A DNA stretch of 64,000 nucleotides from Heterodontus francisci. Taxonomy: Eukaryota. The number at the start of each line of letters is the position of its first letter. The stretch's first letter is position 1. The notes under the pieces were generated by a model. It did no database searches, was not told the origin of the DNA, and saw only the letters and a list, made by a program, of their open reading frames with translations. Both the position numbers and the translations under genes were made by a program. Shown one piece after another: positions 10,965 to 24,379 of the stretch. The stretch is from NCBI RefSeq assembly GCF_036365525.1, contig NC_090382.1, positions 111,076,372 to 111,140,371 of the forward strand, given 5' to 3'.

Positions 10965-13737
10965 ATATAATGTCTGACCTCTGTTAGACGTTTTTGGTTA
11001 TTTTCTGAACATGTTCATGATATTTCAATGATCTGTGCACATGGAGCCCCATGTTTATTTGGGTCTTCACTGTTGCTAGCACTTTACTAGTCTCAATTGA
11101 ATGACCTCTTATTTGCATACATTGAAATCTATTTTACAGTTTTGTCCATTCACTTAATCTATTAGTACCTCTTTGCGACTCTATACTTCCATCTGCACTG
11201 CTTACAAAACTGCATATCTTTATGCCATTGGAAAACTTGGATATGTGGCTTTCTATAACATCATATACGTTTGTTAATACATTTGGTGAATAGTTGAGGT
11301 TCCAACACAAATCCTTGCGGGACACAACTAGTTACATCCTGCCAATTAGAGAACCTGCCATTTCACTACTCTCTGTCTTCTGTCATTCAGTCACTTTCCT
11401 AACCAGGACAACAATTTGTTTTCAATTCCATAAGCTTCAACTTTAGCTAACACGTTCTTATGACGGCCCTGATCAAATGCCTTCTGGAAGTCCATATAAA
11501 TAACATCCATAGACACTCTGCTGGTCAATACTTTAGTCATCTCTTCAAAAAATTCGAACACGTGTGTCAGGCATGACCCACTCTTTGCAAATCTTTTTGA
11601 TCAGCTGAAAGTTTACAAGGTGTTCAGTCACTGTATTCTTAATTATAGATTCTATTAATTTCCCGACAAAAGATGTCAGACTAATTGGTCTATACTTCTC
11701 TGATTCACCCCTCACCTTTCTTAAATAGCATAGTGACGAGCACAATTTATCGATCTAAAGGATCTGTTACTCAATAGTGGAAACTTTTAAAGGTTATAGT
11801 TAGAGCACCTGCAATGATACCACCTACTTCCTGTTAGACCCTGAGCTGGAAACCTTCTGATCCTGGGGATTTGTCTCATCATATAGAAGTCGCCCTTACT
11901 TAAAGCTAGAATCTTGGAAGTTGTTTTGTGTTTCTCCCTTTCAGACACAACTTTGAGCTTTATCATATGATTGCTTTTGGATAAATGTTCATGCACCTCA
12001 TTACTTGTTAATACCTCTAATATGACAGGTCGCCTTATTAGTTTTAGGCTATATCGTTGCAGAAAACTATCCTGAACACACTCAAGAAACTCACTACCTT
12101 TGTGACATGTGCTAATTTGCTTATTCCAATCTATATGAAAATTAAAATCCCCCAATAAAGCATTACTACATGCTTTTCTAGTCTCTGTACTTATACAAGC
12201 TACCACTTCACAGCTGCTTTCAGGAGATCTATATGCAACTCCAACGACAGTCTTAAATACTATATATTTTCCGTAATTTCACCCATGAAGTCGCCACTTA
12301 CTGCTTACCTCTCATTATGTTAACTTTTACGATTGAAGGGATTTCATCCTCAGTCACTAAGGCTACTCTTTCCTCTGTACCATTTACCCTATCCTTCTAT
12401 GAAAGATAGTTCTCAATCCTAAACATCCTGCGGCCGTGCCTCAGTAATGGCTACCACCTCATACCTTCCAAGTTGAATTTTTGCACGTAATTCATTCAAT
12501 TTGTTCCTCAACCCTGTGCATTTGTATAAAGAATGTTTATTTCAGCGACCTTACCTACCTATCGTTCTGCTCTAATGTTTTACTTACATGTTTATATTTC
12601 TCCTGGTTTAATTGCGTTTCATTTTTGATTTTTCATTTAACTGTTGTGCCTAAAGCACTACATGAACTGCTATGCCTGTGCTGGGACGAGGGAGCAGTAC
12701 CCCAGGACATGCGCGATGCCAATATCATCACCCTCCATAAAAACAAAGGTGACTGCGGTGACTGCAACAACTACCGTGGAATCTCCCTGCTCAGCATAGT
12801 GGGGAAAGTCTTTGCTCGAATCGCTCTGAACAGGCTCCAGAAGCTGGCCGAGCGCGTCTACCCTGAGGCACAGTGTGGCTTTCGTGCAGAGAGATCGACC
12901 GTTGACATGCTGTTTTCCCTTCGTCAGATACAGGAGAACTGCCATGAACAACAGATGCCCCTCTACATTGCTTTCATTGATCTCACCAAAGCCTTTGACC
13001 TCGTCAGCAGACGTGGTCTCTTCAGACTACTAGAAAAGATTGGATGCCCACCAAAGCTACGAAGTATCATTACCTCATTCCATGACAATATGAAAGGCAC
13101 AATTCAACATGGTAGCTCCTCATCAGAGCCCTTTCCTATCCTGAGTGGCGTGAAACAGGGCTGTGTTCTCGCACCCACACCTTTTGGGATTTTCTTCTCC
13201 CTGCTGCTTTCACATGCGTTCAATTCCTCTGAAGAAGGAATTTTCCTCCACACAAGATCAGGGGGCAGGTTGTTCAACCTTGTCCGTCTAAGAGCGAAGT
13301 CCAAAGTACGGAAATTCCTCATCAGGGAACTCCTCTTTGCTGACGATGCTGCTTTAACATCTCACACTGAAGAATGCCTGCAGAGTCTCATCGACAGGTT
13401 TGCGTCTGCCTGCAATGAATTTGGCCTAACCATCAGCCTCAAGAAAACGAACATCATGGGGCAGGATGTCAGAAATGCTCCATCCATCAATATTGGCGAC
13501 CACGCTCTGGAAGTGGTTCAGGAGTTCGCCTACCTAGGCTCAACTATCACCAGTAACCTGCCTCTAGATGCAGAAATCAACATGCGCATGGGAAAGGCTT
13601 CCACTGCTATAAAGAACAAAAGAACAAAGATAATTACAGCACAGGAACAGGCCCTTCGGCCCTCCAAGCCTGCTCCGATCCAGATCCTCTCTCTAAACAT
13701 GTCGCCTATTTTCTAAGGTTCTGTATCTCTTTTCTTC

Positions 13738-16650
13738 CTACCCATTCATGTATCTGTCTAGATACATCTTAAAAGACGCCATCGTGCCCGCATCTACCAC
13801 CTCCGCTGGCAACGTGTTCCAGGCACCCACCACCCTCTGCGTAAAGAACTTTCCACGCATATCCCCCTTAAACTTTTCCCCTTTCACTTTGAACTCGTGT
13901 CCTCTAGTAATTGAATCCCCCACTCTGGGAAAAAGCCTCTTGCTATCCACCCTGTCTATACCTCTCATGATTTTGTACACCTCAATCAGGTCCACCCTCA
14001 ACCTCCGTCTTTCTAATGAAAATAATCCTAATCTAATCAACCTCTCTTCATAGCTAGCGCCCTGCATACCAGGCAACATCCTGGTGAACCTCCTCTGCAC
14101 CCTCTCCAAAGCATCCACATCCTTTTGGTAATGTGGCGACCAGAACTGTACGCAGTATTCCAAATGTGGCCGAACCAAAGTCCTATACAACTGTAACATG
14201 ACCTGCCAACTCTTGTACTCGATACCCCATCCGATGAAGGAAAGCATGCCGTATGCCTTCTTGACCACTCTATTGACCTGCGTTGCCACCTTCAGGGAAC
14301 AGTGGACCTGAACACCCAAATCTCTCTGTACATCAATTTTCCCCAGGACTTTTCCATTTACTGTATAGTTCACTCTTGAATTGGATCTTCCAAAATGCAT
14401 CACCTCACATTTGCCCTGATTGAACTCCATCTGCCATTTCTCTGCCCAACTCTCCAATCTATCTATATTCTGCTGTATTATCTGACAGTCTCCTTCACTA
14501 TCTGCTACTCCACCAATCTTAGTGTCGTCTGCAAACTTGCTAATCAGTCCACCGATACTTTCCTCCAAATCATTAATGTATATCACAAACAACAGTGGTC
14601 CCAGCACGGATCCCTGTGGAACACCACTGGTCACACGTCTCCATTTTGAGAAACTCCCTTCTACTACTACTGTCTGTCTCCTGTTGCCCAGCCAGTTCTT
14701 TATCCATCTAGCAAGTACACCTTGGACCCCATGCGCCTTCACTTTCTCCATCAGCCTGCCATGGGGAACCTTATCAAACGCCTTACTGAAGTCCATGTAT
14801 ATGACATCGACAGCCCTTCCCTCATCAATCAACTTTGTCACTTCCTCAAAGAATTCTAGTAAGTTGGTAAGACATGACCTTCCCTGCACAAAACCATGTT
14901 GCCTATCACTGATAAGCCCATTTTCTTCCAAATGGGAATAGATCCTATCCCTCAGTATCTTCTCCAGCAGCTTCCCTACCACTGACGTCAGGCTCACCGG
15001 TCTATAATTACCTGGATTATCCCTGCTACCCTTCTTAAACAAGGGGACAACATTAGTATTTCTCCAGTCCTCCGGGACCTCACCTGTGTTTAAGGATGCT
15101 GCAAAGATATCTGTTAAGGCCCCAACTATTTCCTCTCTTGCTTCCCTCAGTAACCTGGGATAGATCCCATCCGGACCTGGGGACTTGTCCACCTTAATGC
15201 CCTTTAGAATACCCAACACTTCCTCCCTCCTTATGCCGACTTGACCTAGTGTAATCAAACATCTGTTCCTAACCTCAACATCCGTCATGTCCCTCTCCTC
15301 GGTGAATACCGATGCAAAGTTCTCATTTAGAATCTCACCCATTTTCTCTGAGTCCAAGCATAACATTCCTCCTTTGTCCTTTAGTGGGCCAATCCTTTCT
15401 CTAGTTACCCTCTTTCTCCTTATATATGAATAAAAGGCTTTGGGATTTTCTTTAACCCTGTTTGCTAAAGATATTTCATGACCCCTTTTAGCCCTCTTAA
15501 TTCCTCGTTTCAGATTGGTCCTGCATTCCCGATATTCTTTCAAAGCTTCGTCTTTCATCAGTCGCCTAGACCTTATGTATGCTTCCTTTTTCCTCTTAGC
15601 TAGTCTCACAATTTCACCTGTCATCCATGGTTCCCTAATCTTGCCATTTCTATCCCTCATTTTCACAGGAACATGTCTCTCCTGCACGCTAATCAACCTC
15701 TTTTTAAAAGCCTCCCACATATCACATGTGGATTTACCTTCAAACAGCTGCTCCCAATCTACATTCCCCAGCTCCTGCCGAATTTTGGTATAGTTGGCCT
15801 TCCCCCAATTTAGCACTCTTCCTTTCGGACCACTCTCGTCTTTGTCCATGAGTATTTTAAAGCTTACGGAATTGTGATCACTATTCCCAAAGTAGTCCCC
15901 TACTGAAACTTCAACCACCTGGCCGGGATCATTCCCCAACACCAGGTCCAGTATGACCCCTTCCCGAGTTGGACTATTTACATACTGCTCTAGAAAACCC
16001 TCCTGGATGCTCCTTACAAATTCTGCTCCATCTAGACCTCTAACACTAAGTGAATCCCAGTCAATGTTGGGAAACTTAAAATCTCCGAGCACCACCACCC
16101 TGTTGCTCCTACATCTTTCCATAATCTGTTTACATATTTGTACCTCTATCTCACGCTCGCTGTTGTGAGGCCTGTAGTGCAGCCCCAACATTGTTACCGC
16201 ACCCTTCCTATTTCTGAGTTCTGTCCATATTGCCTCACTGCTCGAGTCCTCCATAGTGCCCTCCTTCAGCACAGCTGTGATATCCTCTTTGACCAGTAAT
16301 GCAACTCCTCCACCCCTTTTACCTCCCTCTCTATCCCGCCTGAAGCATCGATATCCTGGGATATTTAATTGCCAATCATGCCCTTCCCTCAACCAAGTCT
16401 CAGTAATAGCAATAACATCATACTCCCAGGTACTAATCCAAGCCATAAGTTCATCTGCCTTACCTACTACACTTCTTGCATTAAAACAAATGCACCTCAG
16501 ACCACCAGTCCCTTTATATTCATCATCTGCTCCCTGCCTGCTCTTCCCCTTAGTCACACTGACTTCATTATCTAGTTCCTTACAGGCTTTTGGTACTACC
16601 TCCTTACTGGCAACTGACCTCCTCAATTGGTTCCCATCCCCCTGCCACAT
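13738..16650 (-). CDS. CR1 ORF2: APE endonuclease plus reverse transcriptase (970 aa, uninterrupted)
   Basis: NARS, ITETW, GDF, SDH (APE); YRPVSLTS, DFSKAFD, GVPQGSVLGP, FADD (RT); stop is ~15 aa early relative to the sibling copy at 20689. Confidence 0.93.
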   Translation of the reverse strand: MWQGDGNQLRRSVASKEVVPKACKELDNEVSVTKGKSRQGADDEYKGTGGLRCICFNARSVVGKADELMAWISTWEYDVIAITETWLREGHDWQLNIPGYRCFRRDREGGKRGGGVALLVKEDITAVLKEGTMEDSSSEAIWTELRNRKGAVTMLGLHYRPHNSEREIEVQICKQIMERCRSNRVVVLGDFKFPNIDWDSLSVRGLDGAEFVRSIQEGFLEQYVNSPTREGVILDLVLGNDPGQVVEVSVGDYFGNSDHNSVSFKILMDKDESGPKGRVLNWGKANYTKIRQELGNVDWEQLFEGKSTCDMWEAFKKRLISVQERHVPVKMRDRNGKIREPWMTGEIVRLAKRKKEAYIRSRRLMKDEALKEYRECRTNLKRGIKRAKRGHEISLANRVKENPKAFYSYIRRKRVTRERIGPLKDKGGMLCLDSEKMGEILNENFASVFTEERDMTDVEVRNRCLITLGQVGIRREEVLGILKGIKVDKSPGPDGIYPRLLREAREEIVGALTDIFAASLNTGEVPEDWRNTNVVPLFKKGSRDNPGNYRPVSLTSVVGKLLEKILRDRIYSHLEENGLISDRQHGFVQGRSCLTNLLEFFEEVTKLIDEGRAVDVIYMDFSKAFDKVPHGRLMEKVKAHGVQGVLARWIKNWLGNRRQTVVVEGSFSKWRRVTSGVPQGSVLGPLLFVIYINDLEESIGGLISKFADDTKIGGVADSEGDCQIIQQNIDRLESWAEKWQMEFNQGKCEVMHFGRSNSRVNYTVNGKVLGKIDVQRDLGVQVHCSLKVATQVNRVVKKAYGMLSFIGWGIEYKSWQVMLQLYRTLVRPHLEYCVQFWSPHYQKDVDALERVQRRFTRMLPGMQGASYEERLIRLGLFSLERRRLRVDLIEVYKIMRGIDRVDSKRLFPRVGDSITRGHEFKVKGEKFKGDMRGKFFTQRVVGAWNTLPAEVVDAGTMASFKMYLDRYMNG

Positions 16651-16831
16651 TAGTTTAAACCCTCCCCAACAGCGTTAGCAAAAGCACCCCCAAGGACATT
16701 GGTTCCAGTCCGGCCCAGGTGTAGACCGTCCAATTTGTAATAGTCCCACCTCCCCCAGAACCGGTCCCAATGTCCCAAAAATCTGAACCCCTCCTTCCTG
16801 CACCATCTCTCAAGCCACGCATTCATCCTGA
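16650..16831 (-). CDS. CR1 ORF1 C-terminal fragment (SGNH esterase-like)
   Basis: NAWLERWCRKEGFRFLGHWDRFW..DGLHL motif; stop overlaps the ORF2 ATG (TAATG). Confidence 0.8.
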
Positions 16832-18269
16832 CTATGTCCAGACTGGCCAAGAGAGTGTGGGAAAATGGCGCACTGACACGGAACACAAAAGTCCAAGGGT
16901 ATCAAGCCTGTGTCCTCAGTACCTTGCTCTATGGCAGCGAGGCCTGAACAACGTATGTCAGCCAAGAGCGACGTCTCAATTCATTCCATCTTCGCTGCCT
17001 CTGGAGAATACTTGGCATCAGGTGGCAGGACCGTATCTCCAACACAGAAGTCCTCGAGGTGGCCAACATCCCCAGCTTGTACACACTACTGAGTCAGCGG
17101 CGCTTGAGATGGCTTGGCCATGTGAGCCGCATGGAAGATGGCAGGATCCCCAAAGACACATTGTACAGCGAGCTCACCATTGTTATCAGACCCATCGGCC
17201 GTCCATGTCTCCGCTTTAAAGACGTCTGCAAACGCGACATGAAATCCTGTGACATTGATCACAAGTCGTGGGAGTCAGTTGCCAGCGTTCGCCAGAGCTG
17301 GCGGGCAGCCATAAAGACGGGGCTAAAATTTGGCGAGTCGAAGAGACTTGGTAGTTGGCAGGAAAAAAGACAGAGGCGCAAGGGGAGAGCCAACTGTGCA
17401 ACAGCCCCGACAAACAAATTTCTCTGCAGCACCTGTGGAAGAGCCTGTCACTCTAGAATTGGCCTTTATAGCCACTCCAGGTGCTGCTTCACAAACCACT
17501 GACCATCTCCCAGCACGTTTCCATTGTCTCTGGAGATAAGGAGGCCCAAAGATTCTGTGCCTAAAGCGCAACTTGTGACTGTTACTTCACTCTCTTCCGT
17601 TACTTTATTTTTAAACTATTATTTATGCTGCCTTTTCAACCTGGACCTTCCCCCATTTATAATTTTGATGCATTTGTGACCGCCCTATTTATCCTTTCCA
17701 CTAGGTTCCTGGTCCAAATCTGTTCAGATGGAGCCTATCCAAATTGTACATTACCTTCCTGTCCCAGTACTGGTGCCAGTGTCCCATGGAATTGAATCCC
17801 TCCTCCCACGCTACTTCTTCAGCCACGTGTTCCCCTCCCTAATCTGCTAAACCCTATGCAATTTGCACCTGTCTTGGTAATAATCCAGAGACTATAACCC
17901 TTGAGGTTCAACTCTTTAGTTTAGCTCCTGGCTCCTCATATTCTCCAAACATGACCTCTTCCTTTCTCTTCCCTTTGTTTTTGGTCACAACATGGATCAT
18001 AATAACTGGTAGATCCTCCTTCTTGTCCAATATCCTTTCAAGCTGGTTCGAGATTTCTTTCACCCTGACATCAGGTCGGAGACATAACATGCGGGACTCT
18101 CTGTTCTGCTTGCAAAGGATGCTATCTGTCCCCTTAATTATTGAATCCCCTCCAACTAAAAAAAAACTATCCCCCCCCTTCTCCTACTCCTCCCGCCTTT
18201 GGACAGCTTGCAGCTCCAAGTTGACACGGCCACTATTCTGCCTGTCCTTCCGACAGTTTTAAACCATGT

Positions 18270-19870
18270 CATCACAGGTAGCAAGGATATTGTACCTTTT
18301 GGATGTTGTTGCTCCAGTTCTCCAGTTGCTCCATATAATTGAAGTGTTTCATCCATGTTAACATTCCAGTAAATCACATCTATACCCTCTCCAAGGCCTT
18401 GCTTATTTCTTAAAGTGTAGTGCCCAAAACTGAACACAAAATCCTGCTGAGGCCGACCTCGTGCTTTATAAAGATTTTGCATAACGTCCTTGCTGTTGTA
18501 CTCTCTGCCCCGATTAATAAAGCCAAAGATCCCCTATGCGTTTTAAATAGCCTCCTTAACTGGTCCTTTCACTTTCAAAGATTTGTATACATCCAACTAT
18601 AGGTCTCTCTGTTCCTACACCTCCTTAGGTAGCAGCATTTAGTGTTTATCCACTCTCTTTAATCTTCCTACCAATATGTATCACTTCACAACTTTGCATG
18701 AACTTTCTTCTGTCATATGCCTACCAGTCTACTTTCTCCAGAAGTCTGTTACCATCATCCTTATTTTTTGCTACATTTACGAGTTTTTTGTCGTCTGTAA
18801 ACTTTGAAATCATGTCCTGTATAGCCAAGCCCATGTCATTGATATCAACCAATACACGTAGAGGACTTAATACTGAAATTTAGGAAACAGAACTGTTTAA
18901 TTCCCTTCAGCCTGAAAAAATAAGCCTTCCCCACTACTCTGTGTTTTCTGTCCCTTTGCCATTTTCGTACCAAACAGCCACTGTCCCTTTAGTTCTATGG
19001 TCTTTAGGTTTGTTAATATGTCTATTGCATGTTACTTTACCAAACCCCTTTTGAAAGTCCATATAAACGACATTAACTACACTAACGTCATTAATTCTCG
19101 CCATTACTTAACCAAAGAGCTCAATTCAGTTGGTCAAACATGATTTGCTTTTAACAAACCCTTGCTAACTTTCATTTATTATCCCATACTATTCCAAGTG
19201 GCAATGAGTGATGGGTAATAAACGCTGGCCTTGCCAGCAATGCACACATCCCCAGAACGAATAATAATTTTAAAAATCCCTTCCGTTGACTAAACTTTTA
19301 CTATTTATCTGTTTATAAAATACTCCCTTCATAATAACTGTAGTGAACGTAACACTTTATGTTCGCTATTAATCTATTCTCATTATATCTCTTTTCTTCT
19401 CCTGTGATCGTTTTCAGATTCCTCTGTGCTCTCTGCGGTCATCTTTGTTTTCTATTGCATTATTAACCTTACATCTGTCATAGGCCTCACATTTTTCAGT
19501 TTAATTTTACTCTCTGTATCTTTATTCATCCAGGGAGCTCGAGCTTTGCATGCCCTTCCTTTCCCCCTCGTGGCAATGTATCCACTCTGTACCTGGACCT
19601 TTAAAAGCCTTCCATTGTTCAATTGCTGTTTTGCCTGAGAATTTGTAACTTCATCCATTGGGTCAGATATACTCACTGTATTAATCCCTCCTCCAATTAA
19701 GCATTTTACGCTTGATTGTTCTTGCCATTTTTCATAACTATATCAAACCGGATAGTATTTTAAACATTATTCCCCAAACACACCCCCATTGAAATATGTT
19801 CCATTTGCCCCACTTCATTACCGAGATCTAAATCCTGCAATGCTTCCTTTCTCGTTGGGTTGTAATCAGA
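18270..19870 (-). mobile_element. Degraded CR1 (RT and EN remnants)
   Basis: Minus-strand remnants collinear with CR1 ORF2 (e.g. APWMNK.., DFQKGFGK). Confidence 0.6.
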
Positions 19871-20611
19871 GAAGGAATTGAAACCTCTGTACCAACTACC
19901 ACTATGAAAATATATCTCGTGGCAATATCTATCGATCGCATGGATCTAAATGTATGATTCAATCATTTGGACGACAAACGGTAATTACAAACAACAGGCT
20001 CAACTGTTAAGAATGTACTGTAGCAGTTCAAGAACGTGGCTCACCACCACCTTTTGAAGGGAGCTTACGATGTGCAATAAACGTTGGCATTACCAATGAC
20101 GCCCAGAACTCATGAACGAATAATAACAATAAAACAAAGAAGCACAAGTACGACTTAATAATCTGAGCTCATATTTCCGGTATCTGTACGAACTTGTCAG
20201 GAATTAACATGGCATTCCTTTGAAGCCTCATGCACTCCCAAATTATGAGGGTGTGGTTATGCATCAAAAATCCCCTGACAGATCCACGCCCCGGGCCAAA
20301 CTGTTCCAGTACAGCTACAACACGAGCATGTGGAAAATTGCCCAGGTGTGCCCTGTCCACAAAAATACAAGACAAATTCATCCGGCCAATTGCCACTACC
20401 ATCTGTCTACTCCCGATCATCAGCAAAGATATGGAAGGCATCGTCAACAGTGCTATCAAGTCACACTTATACAGCAATGACCTGATCACCAATGCTCAGT
20501 GTGAATTCCGTTAGTGTCACTCGGTTCCTCAACTCATATCAGCTGGTTCAAACAGCGACAAAAGAGCTTAATTCAAGAGGTAAAATAAGAGTGATTGCCC
20601 TCGACATTAAG

Positions 20612-21355
20612 AACAAAGAACAAAGAAAATTAATGCACAGCAACAGGCCCTTCGGCCCTCCAAGCCTGCACCGATCCAGATCCTCTATCTAAACATGTCG
20701 CCTATTTTCTAAGGGTCTGTATCTCTTTGCTTCCTGCCCATTCATGTATCTGTCTCGATACATCTTAAAAGACGCTATCATGCCCGCGTCTACCACTTCC
20801 GCTGGCAACGCATTCCAGGCACCCACCGCCCTCTGTGTAAAGAACTTTCCACGCATATCCCCCCTAAACTTTTCCCCTCTCACTTGGAACTCGTGACCCC
20901 TAGCAATTGAATCCCCCACTCTGGGAAAAAGCTTCTTGCTATCCACCCTGTCTATACCTCTCATGATTTTGTACACCTCAATCAGGTCCCCCCTCAACCT
21001 CCGTCTTTCTAATGAAAATAATCCTAATCTACTCAACCTCTCTTCATAGCGAGCGCCCTCCATACCAGGCTACATCCTGGTGAACCTCCTCTGCACCCTC
21101 TCCAAAGCATCTACATCCTTTTGGTAATGTGGCGACCAGAACTGCACGCAGTATTCCAAATGTGGCCGAACCAAAGTCTTATACAACTGTAACATGCCCT
21201 GCCAACTCTTGTATTCAATACCCCGTCCGATGAAGGAAAGCATGCCGTATGCCTTCTTGACCACTCTATTTACCTGCGCTGCCACCTTCAGGGAACAATG
21301 GACCTGAACACCCAAATCTCTCTGTCCATCAACTTTCCCCAGGACTTTTCCATTT
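20612..21355 (-). mobile_element. CR1 3' fragment, same young subfamily as 13611-16831
   Basis: Near-identical to 13620-14360; GAACAAA tail repeats; CATTT microhomology at the 5' junction. Confidence 0.92.
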
Positions 21356-21540
21356 GACTGAGTGTGGATCAAGCAGCCCTAGCAAATATGAAATCTATGA
21401 GAATCAGGGGAAAACAATTTCCACTGCTTGGAGTCATACCTAATACAAAGGAAGATAGTAGTGGTTGTTCGAGGCCAAACATATAAGCCCCAAAACATCG
21501 CTGCAGGTCTTCCGCAGGGTAGTGTCCTCGGCCTAACCAT

Positions 21541-22758
21541 AGAATCAAAGGATAACAGAATCGTTACAGTGCAGAAGAAGGCCATCTGACCCCTCGTGTC
21601 TGCACTGACTCTTTGAAAGAGGAAATCCCTTAGTTCCATTCCCCTGCCTTCTCCCCATGAACCTGCACATACTTCCTTTTCATGTAACAGTCTAATTCCA
21701 TTCTGAATACTTCAACTGAACCTGCCTCCACCAGGTTCTCAGGCAGTGTATTCCAGACCGTAACCATTCAAGTCGTCACAAAGCTTTTCCTCATTTCACT
21801 TCTGCTTGTCTTATCAAATACTTTAAATCTGTGCCCACTCGTTCTTGATCCTTTCACGTGTGGGAACAGTTTCTCTCTATCTGCTCTGTTATGACGCCTC
21901 ATGATTTTGAATACCTCTATCAAATCACCTCTCAGCCTTCTCTTCTCCAAGGAAAACAGTCCTAAACTCACCAATCTACCATCATAACGGAAATTCCTCA
22001 TCCCTGGAACCATTCTCCTGGATATTTTCTGCACTCTCTCCAATGCCATCACCTCTTTCCTCAAGTGTGGCGCACAGAGTTGGATGCAATTCTCCACATG
22101 AGGCCGAACTAATGCCTTATACAAGTTTAACATAACTTCCTTGCTCTTTCACTCTATGTCCCTACTAATAATGCCCAGGATACTGTATGCGTTATTAACC
22201 TCTCTCTCCAACAGTCTTGCCACCTTCAATGACTTATGCACATATCCACCTAGGTCCCTCTGCTCCCCCTTTAAAGTTGTACCCTTTATTCTATATTCTG
22301 TCTCCATGTTCTTCCTACCAAAATGAAACACTTCACATTTCTCAGCATTGAACTTTATTTGCCTGTTATCCCCTCAAAAAATTCCAGCAAGTTAGTTAAA
22401 CATGATTTTCCCTTAAGAATTCCATGCTGACCTTCCTTAATTAACTCACGTTTGTCCATGTGATATTGATTTTGTCCTTAATTATTTTGTCTAGATGTTT
22501 TCCCATCACTGCAGTTAAACTGACTGCCTGTAGTTGCTGGGCTTATCTTTATTCCCTTTTTTGAACAAGGGTGTAACGTGTGCAAATCTCCAGTCATCTG
22601 GCATCACCCCCGAGTCTAAGGAAGAGCAGAAAATTATGGCCAGTGCCTCTGTAATTTCCACCCTCACTTCCCTCAGTATCCTTGGATGTATCTCATCTGG
22701 CCCTGGTGCTTTATCCACTTTAAGTACAGACAGCCTATCTAATACTTATTTTTTATCA
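21541..22758 (-). mobile_element. CR1 fragment with internal deletion
   Basis: ORFs 21768-22133 and 22515-22718 (DKAPGPDEIHPRIL); TSD AACCAT (21535-40, 22759-64). Confidence 0.85.
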
Positions 22759-24379
22759 AACCATCTTCAGCTGCTTTATCGAAGATCTTCCCTCCATCAT
22801 AGCGTCAGAAGTAGAGATGTTCACTGATGGTTGCACAGTATTCAGTACCATTCGCAACTCCTCAGATACTTAAGCCATCTGTGTCCACATGGAGCAAGAC
22901 CTGGACAACATTCAGGCTTGCAGAAAGTGGCTTTCGCACGTGCCAGGCAATGAACATCTCCAAAAAACAATCTAATCTAACCATCTTCCCTTGACATATA
23001 ACGACATTACCATCACTCAATTCTCAACCACCAACATCCTGGGCATTACCATTGACCAGAAACTTAAATGAGTTAGCATATAAATACTGTGGCTGCAAAA
23101 GCAAGTCAGAGGCTGCGCATTCTGTGTCGAGTAACTCACCTCCCGACGCCCCAAAGACTGTCCACCATCTACAAAGTACATGTCAGAGTGTGATGGAATA
23201 CTCTCCACTTACCTGGATGAGTTCAGCACCAAGAACATTCAAGAAACTCGACAACATCCTGGAAAAAACAGCCACGTGATTGGTTCCCCATCCACCACCT
23301 TCTAGTGTCACTCCCTCTACCACAGGCACACAGCTAAGCAGTGTGTACCATACTCAAGATGAACTGCAACAACTTGCCAAGCTTCCTTCGACAGCACATT
23401 CCAAACCCACGACCTCTACCACATAGAAGGACAAGGGTAGCAGGTGCTTAGGAACACCACCTGTTATCTCCAAGCCACATATCATCCTGACTTGGAACTG
23501 TCGCTGGCTCGTAAACATGGAACTTTGTCCCTAACAGCACTGTGGGTGTACCTACACCAGATGGATTGCAGCAGTTCAAGAGGGCAGCTCACCATCACCT
23601 TCTCAAGGACAACTAGTAATGGTCAACAAACATTGACCTTGCTAGCAACGCTCACATACGATGAAAGAATAGAAAAAAAATTCACGCGAAACTAGCTTGA
23701 CATTACTTTTTATGTAATTACTATTATTCACAAGTACTGTACAAGGCACTTTTAAAAATCATCAATGTATGAACGTTGTGTTGCTCTTTTGATAATGTGC
23801 GAGCAATAATTACTGCAATGCTTGGTCTAGATGTTTCTTGGCTAAATAAACGCAGTAACGAGGAGTTTTAAATGTCATATCTTAATTACCGGATAATTCT
23901 GCTCTTAACTTGGCAAAGAATCAGCCCAACGCCTACGAAATGCCATCGTCGTAGTGATTTTTTTTGTTCATGGCATTTGGGCGTCGCTGACTAGGCCAGC
24001 ATTTGTTGCTCATGCCGAATTGCCCTGAATGGTCATTTCAGAAGGCATTTAGCTGTCGGTCTGGAGTCACACGTAGGTCATACCGGGTAAAGACGGCCGA
24101 TTTCCCTCCCTAAAGGGCATTAGTGAACCAGATGTGCGCGTTGTTGCAACACCAGGCTGGTAGCTGCAGCAATCAAACCAGATTGCGATATTTGCGATTT
24201 GCGTATCGTGAAACTGGCTGAACTTTACAATCCATTATTCTCACCGCACTACGAGACATAATCTGTTGGGTGCCATACTCTGTTACAATTACGCCGCTTG
24301 TGATTTCGGTGTTATTTTTTCTGTCAAGAATTTATTTTCACATGAAAATGAGATTGAAACTTTTTTGTATCATACAGAG

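Larger units (their letters stand above)
13611..16831 (-). mobile_element. Young CR1 LINE inserted in the RTE (5'-truncated within ORF1)
   Basis: 3' tail of TTCTTTG-like repeats at 13611; 4-bp duplication CTAT (13607-10, 16832-35); RTE sequence continues across it. Confidence 0.95.
12657..17555 (+). mobile_element. RTE (BovB-like) LINE, 5'-truncated, split by a CR1 insertion
   Basis: NYRGISLLS, FIDLTKAFD, GVKQGCVL, LFADD, C-terminal CSTCGRACHSRIGLYSH; 12-bp TSD TGTGCCTAAAGC (12645-56, 17556-67). Confidence 0.93.
9430..18270 (-). mobile_element. Old, near full-length CR1 hosting a solo LTR and an RTE/CR1 nest
   Basis: Collinear minus-strand pieces: 3' end and RPHLQYC..FW (9792-10010), YRPISLTS (11545-11745), GDFNFHIDW endonuclease (11787-12206), ORF1 esterase-like remnant (17908-18090). 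Confidence 0.75.
20225..23680 (+). mobile_element. Daphne/Crack-like LINE RT-to-3' region, interrupted by two CR1s
   Basis: LLPIISK.MEGIVN, RVIALDIK|..FD.VW, PQGSVLG, SVMEYSPLTW; 3' end near 23680. Confidence 0.7.

Noticed and set aside
12481-13716. 411-aa ORF as a novel gene
   Set aside because: Chimera of flank, RTE RT and CR1 tail read-through
13748-16678. Multiple + strand ORFs
   Set aside because: Antisense shadows of CR1 ORF2
17012-17030. CTCF-like CATCAGGTGGCAG in RTE copies
   Set aside because: Partial match inside RTE coding sequence (GIRWQ); no independent support
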